Source: Epiperipatus broadwayi
Taxonomy: Eukaryota; Animalia; Onychophora
Length of the DNA stretch: 64,000 bases
Direction of reading: 5' to 3'
Assembly: GCA_028023455.1 (NCBI GenBank)
Contig: JAQFVV010000003.1
Location: 8,432,001-8,496,000, forward strand
This document shows positions 53,501 to 64,000 of this stretch, one piece after another (the stretch's first letter is position 1; every line of letters begins with the position of its first letter). The position numbers were made by a program, and so were the translations under genes. The notes beneath the pieces were generated by a model. That model worked only from the letters and a program-made list of their open reading frames with translations. It was not told the origin of the DNA and did not search any database.

Positions 53501-54660
53501 CATTGTTGTTTATAGATTCTTTCTTAATTAAATAGCATTGCAAATGTGTTGTTTTCAATCAGTAGTAATTGCTGAATTTATTTATTTTAATATTTATTTT
53601 CATGTGTTTTTTCAATATTATTTTAACACGCACATATACATGCATTTATCATTTTTTGTTTACTCTCGCACATATATAGTATTCGTTGTTTAAATTTATA
53701 ATTACTCTTTTTCTTCTTCTTTAATTTGAATGAGAGAGAGAGAGTGCTTTTAACTTTATAAACATTCTATATTTTTTAAACTGTCATCTTTAACTTCTTT
53801 TTTTTTTCTAATCAATCATTTATAACTTTTATGAATAATATTTTCTTTAAACTAACAACAATAATAAAAACAACTCTTTAGACTTTTAACTTCTACGTTT
53901 CATTTAATTAATAAAAAAAACCTCTTTAGACTTTTGGAGATTTCCTTTGCCCTTTTAAAAATGAAAATTCTTTAAACTTTTTTAAATTTATTTCGACTTT
54001 TCAAACTGATTGATAATTTATTTTATTTTATTTTTTTTTAAATAATTTTTTTAACAAAATTATTTGCATATGTACTATAAAATATCGGCACAATATATAT
54101 ATATTTACAAAACAGAAGTTTATATGAATAGTATACATATATAAATTAAGATTACAATATAAACATTTTTTTTTAGAAAAAAATGTTATTAATAATAAAT
54201 AGAGAAAGTACATTTACAAATATATTTACAGTACTGAGTTAAGTGTTCAATCACAATTAAATACTTATTCAGATATTTTTTCTTCAATAATTTTTTTAAA
54301 TACAAATAAAAACACAGCAACGGTTTCCTAATTGGCAGATGCAGTTCTACCAATTATTTTAATATTTTTAATACTGTAATGGTTTTGGAATTATTACAAT
54401 AATCCCTATTTGCAGTGAATAGATTGAAATTGTACAATTCAAATCCTTGGCTAATTTTTTTGTAGATTTAAGGTTTTCTGATGTAATGCAAGAGCAGAAA
54501 CCATGCCATCTTAACAATTCACATCATTTAACCATAGATTTACAGCTTTTTCTGTTTTAACCAAAAAATTATTTCTTATTTTAGTTACTTAAGGCTTCTG
54601 ATACAATGCAAAACTATAAACCATAACATTCTTATAATTTATATCATTTAATCATAGATT

Positions 54661-55578
54661 TAAAGTTTTTTCGGTGCTGATTTAGTATACGCTCATGGCC
54701 ATTTCCAATTATAAGAACTGCCCAAAACCCACACTGACACATCCAACCAATAAATGACATCGATCAATTTATACGCTGTCATGATCTGACCATTCGTTAC
54801 AAAATCGTCATTTTCATAAAAAAAAACCCAAAACCCAATTTTCATAGTTATAAGAAATGAAATCACATGTTTAAAATATTAAAACACAAAATCGCCATTT
54901 TCATGAAAAAAAAGCCCCCAAATACCCAATTTTCATAGTTATAAGAAATGAAATCATGTGATTAAAATATTAAAAAAAAATTCACCATTTTCGATTATAT
55001 TTTTAATAACTATGAAAATTGCTTTTTTTTATTACCAAAAATGCTTGATAAACTAGAAAACTTAAATGTAAACTAACATTTTTGGGTTGTTGTTTTTTTT
55101 TTGATGAAAATGGCGATTTCATAACGAATGTTTGGATCGTGATGACAATGGTGAATTTTGTGTTTTAATATTTTAATCACATGATTTCATTTCTTACAAC
55201 TATGAAAATTGGATTTTGTTTTTTTTTTATGAAAATGGCGATTTTGTGTTTTAATATTTTAAACATGATTGTTTTTTTTTTAAATTTTTGAGGAAAATGG
55301 CAATTTTGAACTAAGCAAAGTAGGTTTTGGGTTTTTTTTTTATGAAAATGGTGAATTTTGTGCTTTAATATTTTAATCACATGACTATATTTCTTATAAC
55401 TATGAAAATTGTTTTTTTTTTTTTTATGGAAATTGGGTTTTGGGTTGTTGTTTTTTTTTATGAAAATGGCCATTTTGATCGATGTAATTTATCGGTTGGA
55501 AGTGTCAAAGTGGTTTTGAGCAGTTCTTGTAATTCAAAATGGCAGTTGTGAGCGCATACTAAATCGGCACCAAAATTT
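54661..55578. mobile_element. Foldback-type element with long TIRs built from ~100 bp subrepeats
   Basis: Termini GGTGC(T/C)GATTTAGTAT(A/G)CGCTCA are inverted. Internal AAAATCGCCATTTTCATAAAAA...CATGTGATTAAAAT units are mirrored in both arms. Confidence 0.75.
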
Positions 55579-55909
55579 CTATATGAAATGACAACTATAA
55601 TTAGGAGAGCCTTAAGTGAAAAAAACTTATTTTACATCAAAAAAGCAATTACACAGGAATGCATATTGCAATTTTACTTATTCATCTTGCTTACTGAATA
55701 TATAATGAAAGAATCCAGACTTAGATATGCTGATGACCACATGTACAGTTCAGATCAAAAACAAAAGATGAAATTATGACTAAATAAAAAAATAAAAACT
55801 TGCAGTTATCCAACCTATCATTTTACTCTGGAGCCATTTATGTAAAGATGAGTAATCATTGAATATTAAATGGGAGTGTCAACCAAATCCCCAAACTAGT
55901 TTCTAACTA

Positions 55910-56114
55910 TGAGGATTGCCAATTACTCTACAAGCTTTATGATAAATACTTAGCCAGAGCCAGCACTTAAAATATCTGTCAGAAACTCCTCCACAATAAG
56001 TGCTGGCTCTGGCTAAGCATTTATCATAAAACTTATAGAGGAATTGGCAATCCTCACTGTTTATAACTTACAAGCTTAAGAGATAGGGTCATGTGATATA
56101 TGACTCTTATTTTG
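55910..56114. mobile_element. Family-B foldback insertion lacking the HHR, 15-bp TSD
   Basis: ACTAGTTTCTAACTA at 55895-55909 and 56115-56129. The arms are near-identical to 60050-60317. Confidence 0.8.
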
Positions 56115-56417
56115 ACTAGTTTCTAACTAGTTCTAACAGTCATGTAAATTGTTTTCTTTATTATTTATCTCTCTTTTTTTAAAATGATCAACAAAGTTTA
56201 CAAATGACATATAACTAGATGCATTAAAATATATAACTGTTGACATATAAGCAAATTAGTTTGATTCAAAACTTTAGTATATTGAAGCTTTTTAAGTTAC
56301 AATTTTGAATATTATATAGGGGTTTGAACTCAGACTTTCACATGACCCTCATCCATCCATGGCATCCCATACCACTGATAAACTTCATCACACACAATGT
56401 TGAAAAAATAAATAATC

Positions 56418-56461
56418 ACCAATACTCGTATTGCGTGTTAAACCAGCACTCGTCAGTTGGT
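56418..56461 (-). ncRNA. Hammerhead ribozyme, copy D1 (A13C substitution)
   Basis: ACCAA-CTGACGA-GTGCT.GGTTT.AACAC-GCAA-TACGAG-TA-TTGGT. Confidence 0.65.
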
Positions 56462-56489
56462 CCAGATTATCATCACCAGACATATATAC

Positions 56490-56955
56490 CAGGGGTGGAC
56501 AACTTTTGTATTCATAAGATTTACTTTTTATTTTAAAATGTGTTGTGATCAACTTATTGTCATAGGCGTAGTCTAAGTGGAGGGAGGTGTGAAATACATA
56601 TTATTTTTATATATCTACCTAGTAAAAATAACAATTATTTAATGGGCCAAAAAACTCATGTCCTGGGGAATTAAAACAACATGAGCAAATATTAACAATA
56701 TTTATTAATTCAAATTAGCTACATTAAGTCAAGATTAAAAATATTATTTTCAATAATGATATGACTTAGTGGATTTCACCTATCTAGAATTGAAAAAAAA
56801 AAATTAAAACAAAAACAAAACAAAAAAAACTTGAAAAATCTTGACTTAATTTGTTTCATTTATTATCCGACAGCTCTTGCCAGATTGGCCTGGCGATTGA
56901 CCAAAATTGGTTTTGCGACGACAGGTGGACAACGATCGACTTGTTGGCCACCCCG
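56490..56955. mobile_element. hAT-type MITE nested in the family-D array
   Basis: Termini CAGGGGTGGACAAC and GTTGGCCACCCCG; 8-bp TSD ATATATAC (56482-56489, 56956-56963). Confidence 0.88.
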
Positions 56956-57401
56956 ATATATACAACCAAACCTCAGCTTATATTAAGATAGCCAATTTTC
57001 ATACTTTAATGAAAAGGCTTCAAACCACTCCACAACACAACTCTTTTGCTATCCATTTCATTCAAAATCTGATGATGGAATGCCCACTTTAGTGCCTACT
57101 TTCTCATCCTACCCATGTTGACCACAAGTCAATCTGACCCATCCTACCCACGTTGACCACAACTCAATCTGACCCCTCATGTACAGGACATAATCCATTT
57201 GCATACATATATGAAGGATGGGAAGGCCTTAAAGACTTTATTTTGAAATATTAATTTTTTCTACAGTACAGACTTTTTCATACCTCTACTTACATAATAT
57301 ATATGAGTTTGAATTCAGACTTTCCCACAATACTCATTCATCCATGCCATCTCATACTGCTGATATACTTGATCACACATGTGTCAAAAAGATAAATAAT
57401 C

Positions 57402-57445
57402 ACCAATATACGTATTTCATGCTAATCCAGCACTCATCAGTTGGT
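57402..57445 (-). ncRNA. Hammerhead ribozyme, copy D2 (complete core)
   Basis: ACCAA-CTGATGA-GTGCT.GGATT.AGCAT-GAAA-TACGTA-TA-TTGGT. 5-bp stem I, 5-bp stem II (G.U at 10.1/11.1), palindromic stem III ATACGTAT, AUA triplet. Confidence 0.88.
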
Positions 57446-57867
57446 CCAGATTATCATCTCCACCCACATATATAATCAAAGCTCAGCTTATATTAAAATA
57501 GCCAATCTTCACACTTTAATGGAAAGACTTTAAACCACTGCACCCCACAACTCTTCAGCCATCCATTTCATTGAAAATCTGATGATGGAAATATTCAAAG
57601 CCCACCTTATTGCCAACCTTCTCATCCTACCCATGTTGACCATAAGTCAACCTAACCCTCATGTACAGGACATAATCCATTTATATACATATACAAGGGA
57701 TGGACAAACCTTAAAGCACTTTATTTTGAAATATGAATTTTTTCTACAGTATGGGCTTTTTCATACCTGCACTTATATATGTAATATATAGGGGTTTGAA
57801 CTCAGACTTTCACATGACCGTCATCTATCCATACACCTGATCACACACATCGAAAAGATAAATAATC

Positions 57868-57911
57868 ACCAATATACATATTTCCTCCTAAACCAGTACT
57901 CGCCAGTTGGT
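57868..57911 (-). ncRNA. Hammerhead ribozyme, copy D3 (A6G substitution, broken stem II)
   Basis: ACCAA-CTGGCGA-GTACT.GGTTT.AGGAG-GAAA-TATGTA-TA-TTGGT. Confidence 0.6.
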
Positions 57912-60049
57912 CCAGATTATCATCTCCACACATATACACAATCAAAGCTCAGCTTTTATTAAGATAGCCAATCTTCATACTTTAATGGACAGGCTTCAAA
58001 CCACTCCACCCCACAACTCTTCAGCTATCTATTTCATTGAAAAACTGATGATGGAATACATTTCAATGTTTCCCATTAATAAAGGCTAATATAAAAACTG
58101 ATGATGAAATGTCGAATTCAATGGTTTCCATCTTAAATCATTCACAAATAATAAAAAATTCAAAGTAAAAAAGATTTGCCAAAATTAGCATTAGGAAAAT
58201 TGCAATGAAAATCTTAAAAAAGATGATTAGATACAGAAACATATTATACCTACCTAGTGAGGGCAAGAAATTTTACATTTGTATAAAATTGTAGTAAAAC
58301 ATATTTAAAAAAATAAATACAGAATTGTTCAATTTGTAGTATTTGTTATAACTTTTTATGAATGTGAAAAAAGAAATGCCAAAGAAAAAAAAATATTAAT
58401 GTTTTTAAATTATGATGCTGATGAAGTTCATTGAGAGTGCAAAAATAGAAAGGCAAATAAACAAACGGATATTCTATTAATTAGATCTGAACTTTTTCTT
58501 AGAACACAAATGACCATTTTGTATATTGTAATAGGAGGGACCCTAACTCATTGTAAAAGTTTAGAATACTCAAAAAGATTGATGGTGAAAGAAAACAATC
58601 ATGACCAGCAATAAAATGTCTGCATTAATATTATTATAATAATAAAAAAATCTGAAAATGGAGGGGGGGGGTGATATTCACGTAGTCCTTAAACAGTAAT
58701 GTCAACTTGTTGGTATTTAATGATAATAATGTAAGTCTATAGGACTTTATTTCTGAATCTTAATGAAGATGTCTAGACTTATGACTAAATTGTTATTTTT
58801 AGTTTTCTTTTCAAATTTTTTTCTGTTCATGATTAATATTTAATATCAGTATTAATAAATTCACTACTGCTCCTAATTATATTTTTACACCCTACATGCT
58901 ATGATCTGACTGATGCTAATATAAATAATCATTTTTATTCTAGAATTATTTATTATCACATACTGTATATACTTTTATCTATCAAAAAGTTTAGATAATA
59001 TATAATAGATGCATTGACAATATTTGGTTTAATAATAAGCAAATTTTAGTGCTCTCTCATGCAAAACATATTTTTGAACTACACATTAATCTCTTCAATC
59101 ATGCTAAAAATTGAAACACTTATCAGATATATCAAAATAGCAACCAGAATTTATTATATGAATAGATTTGTGATATATTTTATGTTTTATGTGTAAATAT
59201 ATTATCATATGGTCTTTTATGGTTGTGTTTTAATTTATCTTCTAATGCACCTACTATGCAAGAAAGAGACATTTCAAACCATACATGATTTAATGTTTAT
59301 CATAAATGCTATACTGAATATATAATAAATAATAGTCATTAATAATATTAAATATAGAATCTACATTAAAGAGCATTAAAATGTTATTCCTCATTTATAA
59401 CAAATATTTTCTATTTATTACATATTCAATTTATAGTAACTGCCAATTCATCTAAGTTTGAAATGAGTTATAATTATTTGTCTCACATAAAAGTATCTAA
59501 TAGAAAATAAATTTTAACACAAGCATAAAAGTATGATCATGCAATAACATATTTACAATTAAAAATAAAATATATCACAAGAGTGTTTAATAAATATTTA
59601 GAATTCTAGAATGCATTAAGAGATAAGGCTGTAACTGAAATATATGCGGTAAAAAATATTAACTTGTTTGCTCTACATTAGATAGCACCTAATGATATTA
59701 AAAGTTAAACAATTAGTGGCTGTGCAATAGAATGCTTTTAACCAATTAGTGGCTGTGCAATAAAATGCTTTTAACCAATCTGATTTTCAATTTTGTTAGT
59801 GATAATCTCTATTTTCCACTTCTCTGCTTGAGAGAGGGTTAGTCTGGAGTTTTTACGTTGGTGGAAAATTGCAATATAATGAAATTTGAGATAAGCAAGG
59901 ATTTGTAAATTTGAAATATACTTGGTTAATACATTTCTTCAGCATAATCACTAATCAATATATAATGCTACTATCCATTTATACAATATATCATTTAAAT
60001 AAAAGACAATCTCTATAAGTGAAGAAAGTACAAAATATATCTTTGTTCA

Positions 60050-60317
60050 CAGTGAGGATTGCCAATTCCTCTACAAGCTTTATGATAAATGCTTAGCCAG
60101 AACCAGCACTTAAAATATCTCTGTCAGGAACCCCTCCCCAAACCCCTGACCATGGTTTCGTGCCTTGGCACTCCTCAGAGAGGTGTCAGGGTAGGTTCAG
60201 ACACTAAGCATTTATCATAAAGCTTGTAGAGGAATTGGCAATCCTCACTGTTTATAACTTACAAGCTTAAGAGATAGGGTCATGTGATCTATAAATTGGT
60301 CTGACTCTTATTTTGAC
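60050..60317 (-). mobile_element. Family-B foldback insertion containing an intact HHR, 14-bp TSD
   Basis: TATATCTTTGTTCA at 60036-60049 and 60318-60331. Perfect ~47-bp inverted arms at 60050-60096 and ~60204-60250. Confidence 0.88.
60142..60184 (-). ncRNA. Intact minimal type-I hammerhead ribozyme
   Basis: ACCTCT-CTGAGGA-GTGC.CAAG.GCAC-GAAA-CCATGG-TC-AGGGGT. All core nucleotides present, G10.1-C11.1 pair, 6-bp stem I, palindromic stem III ACCATGGT, GUC triplet (cut between 60148 and 60147). Confidence 0.93.
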
Positions 60318-63300
60318 TATATCTTTGTTCATTTTAAATTTTGTGCAGTATTTTTATTTGTAATTCCCACTATTCTAAGATCATCCTAATGTTAGTAAAA
60401 TAGATATTATGTCAACACATCATAGCACTGACTTTATCCTGGAAATTCGATCCTTATAGCATATAAATACCAATGTATAACATTATTTAATAAATTAAAA
60501 CAGCTTTTAAATAATTTGCTTCAGTGCATAGGTATGGAATAAAATCCTATATATAAATATGTATAAGCGTGTGTGTGCTATAAGTGCATGCATATATAAG
60601 TCAATCTTTAAGTTTCAATTGTTAATGTTCTTTCATTCCCCAAATAAAATAACATTTTAAAATTATTATAAAGATTAAAACAGAAAGCAGCAAGCTACAA
60701 TAGAAAGAACAAATCTACTTAAAAGCTATATGGACATGGCAAGTTAATCCTGTTGAGAGTTAATATAAACAACAAAGTAAAAAAAAAAAAAATCTTATAG
60801 AGTTCAAACAGATTATTCAGTTACACAAAACAATGACTAAAAAAAAAAGGCATTTCTTTTCAGAGTGAGAATTTCACTTCTTAAATCTTTTAAAGAATAA
60901 CAATAACTTTATGATCATGTATATCTAAACGCCAATGTTTAATAGATACAAATGTGTATCAGTGACAATAAAACAGTACAAAAAAAACTAATAACTTTGA
61001 ATGTGATTAGAATATATATTTCTATCTAGATTTTTAACTCTTATGCTTTATATTTTTTGAAAGTTATTTTATACATATGCAAATTTTGAACAGTTTATAC
61101 ACATGCATTTATATGTAAACAATTAACAATTTATTTTACTTTTATGAAAAATAAAGGTTATGAGCAGAGGCCAGATGATGAGTCGAATTACTCTGACTTG
61201 AGGGGGGGAAATATCTGGTTCAAATAAAAAAATTATTGAGGTTTATCTGCCACATATTTCTTCAAAGTCTCTATCTATGCAGCATCAGAAATAGAACAAA
61301 TAAAAATAAATGTTAATAAAATATACGTAAAGAAGGTTTATCAAAAAAAAATTTTTGCATTAAAGTGTATATGAAAAAAGTTATTATAAGCAATATATAT
61401 ATATCAATAAATTATTAGATGATATTAAATTAGAATCAGATAAAAATGGTTTGAAGTTCAATATAGAAAAAGAAAAATATCATGATAACTATAAATCCAG
61501 AAAAATATATAAAAACTTTAACAGAAAATGGCAGCGAAATCACAGTATAAGAAAAGATAACATGAAAAAATGTTTGTTAGTAAGAATGAAATTTTAAAAT
61601 GATAATCAGAGAACGATTATAAAAAATGAAGCATATTTTGATGGGGAAAAAATAAAAAAAAAACCCTAAAAGAATTTATTTTTATGTTTTTTAATAAAAT
61701 TTTACATTTTTTTAAACATTGATCTAGTAACTGTTATAGTTCTGCATGGTTAAGTACAATGGTATAGTGTCAGATTCTGGAGCATAAAGTCCTCCCTCAG
61801 ATTGAATTCAGTTCACTTGAATTTCTTATCAACTCTCAAGCAATAAAGCTATTCAATTATTTTCTTTTTTACTTTTATTATAAATTCAATATAACATTTC
61901 TTGTTTTTTTTTATCCTGAATTTTTATATTTCTGAATCAATTGTGTATTTAAATTTGTATTCATTTAAATTAATTTATTCCCAATATTTTGATTACCTTA
62001 CATGATCCTCTTTAAAACAAACTTTGTATGTAATTCTATATATTACAAAATAGCATATATTTAAAAAATAATTTTCAAAATTTTAAAAAAAAAAAATTTA
62101 AATTCTTAAATATCAAAAAATAACATTCTTATATTATGTCAATAAATAAACAATTTATAAATTTATATTCACACAATATTACTTTAGCATTTTATTATAA
62201 AGCAAATAATCTATCAATGTTTTTAGTTTTTGTTTATACTTTTACTTTCTAATAAATTCTAAATCTTTTAATCAATTTTCCAAGAATATTATATTATCTT
62301 GTAATATTGAAAAATCTAATCTCTACTAATGTTTATATTAATGGATAAATTATTTATCTTCATATATGGAAAACACTTGACCCATTTCAAGAAGCCAAAA
62401 AAATTAAATGATAGATATACAAAAACAATATAAAATCTATTAAAAATGATAGATAAAAAGTAGTTTAATGATTATTCACTGAAATTCAGCAAACATTAAG
62501 TATAACTTAATTATTAGCTTTAAGTACAACTCAGATATTACAATTCAAAACATTCTCTACATTTACACATATATGTAAAGTATAATACATATAGATATAA
62601 CTTTACTATACCAATTACATAATGATTACATGTATTTGAAAAATTGGAGTTAATATTAATTATATATAGTCTTTTTTTTAAAAATAATCACATAATCATT
62701 AACTTATTTATATATAAAAATAAAGTGACATTTACTTGCTCGTGACAAAATTTTATCACTTTTACTATCTCGAAAAATGTTAATATTAGAAAGTCGCAGA
62801 AATGCAAACCAAAACTTTCTTTTATTTAAACTTGTAACAAATGACAAAAATTAAAGGAAATGAAGTTAATGCTTTCAAAAGTAAAAAAAAAAAAAAGAAT
62901 TACTGCATTTCTGAGTAATAAGGATTAAAAAAGAGAGTAAAGATTTGATTATTATTATAATTGTTAATAAAATAAAAATATTGATCCAAATTAGAAAAAA
63001 AAAAAATCCATCCATGTAAAAAAATATTGCATTGAAATCATGATGAGAGGTGCCAAAACAATAACAATTCAAAAATAATGGATGTGAAAAATGATATACA
63101 ATTATTGAATGTAACAAGTCACTGTATACAAGTCTTTTTGATAAATCTTACTTTAAAGCTTTTAATGTGACAACTTATGCTTTAATTTCCAAAACCTATT
63201 TATGTAACTGAGTTTTTATATTTTTAAATATTTTTATCTAGTTTTTAATTTATTTTTTTCATCTCCAATGGGAATTAATTTTTATTCCTATTTTTTACAA

Positions 63301-64000
63301 TTTAAACATTTGATTTCATAAATTCTATTTAAACATTCTAAGTCATGTATTTTACTATCATTATAAAATATTTTTCATATTTTTGTGTCTGAATTCAATT
63401 TCAATGCTGAGATTTTATTGCCTTTTATTTATTTTTTTATGGTGATATATTAATATTTAAACTATTATATTTTTTTCTTAAACTTTTTTCTATTATTTTT
63501 ATTTTTATATTATTTTTATTTTTCTCTTATTTATATACATTGTTTTATTTATTAATAAATTATTAAATGAATTAATTAAAGATATAAAAAAAATATTACA
63601 AATTACTTTTTGTCTTAATTTATTACTGGAATATATTTTATTGTTTTAATGTTATTATCAATTTCTAATTAGTTAAAAGTTCATAATAAGTATTTCCCCC
63701 ATATATATTACTTTCAATGTGCATTCTTTCATTTTTTACTTTTTTTGGTAATCTTTATATCCATATGATTAATTTGATTACATATTTCTTCATTTTAAAT
63801 TGTATATTATTTTTTAATTTTATAATTATAATTATATATATGTATATATTTTATCTTATTATCATTAAAATTTTAAAAAAATATTCATCTATATACCATG
63901 TTTACCTGAAAATAAGACTGGGTCTTATATTAATTTTTGCTCCAAAAGGCAATGTAGGGATTATTTTCAGGGAAGGTGTTATTTTTTTTTATACAAAAAT

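Larger units (their letters stand above)
56310..58065 (-). mobile_element. Retrozyme-like tandem array (family D), ~2.6 monomers of ~470 bp, each with an HHR
   Basis: GGGGTTTGAACTCAGACTTTCACATGACC recurs at ~56318, ~57303 and ~57789. HHRs at homologous positions. Confidence 0.85.

Overview
This is AT-rich, CpG-depleted eukaryotic DNA (probably an arthropod or other invertebrate; inference). It is mostly intronic or intergenic and packed with decayed transposons. Recognisable elements are a Merlin/ISXO2 fragment, two hAT transposase remnants, a near-full-length RTE LINE (9305-12570, minus), a complete but frameshifted Ty3/Gypsy (Mag-like) provirus with 5-bp TSDs (27830-32561), two mariner remnants, a Penelope-like (PLE) GIY-YIG fragment and several MITE/foldback elements. 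Two well-supported coding exons of an unidentified minus-strand host gene flank the Gypsy element. The main result is about a dozen minimal type-I hammerhead ribozyme (HHR) motifs at seven loci, none shown by the ORF track. Two have fully conserved catalytic cores (60142-60184 and 57402-57445, both minus). They lie in ~370-470 bp tandem monomers or in short foldback insertions bounded by 13-15 bp TSDs, and their stem III is palindromic. This matches non-LTR retrozymes or non-autonomous PLE derivatives, a known class, but four partly homologous subfamilies co-occur here. One insertion shows a circularly permuted monomer. All alignments and folds were done by eye; no searches were run.
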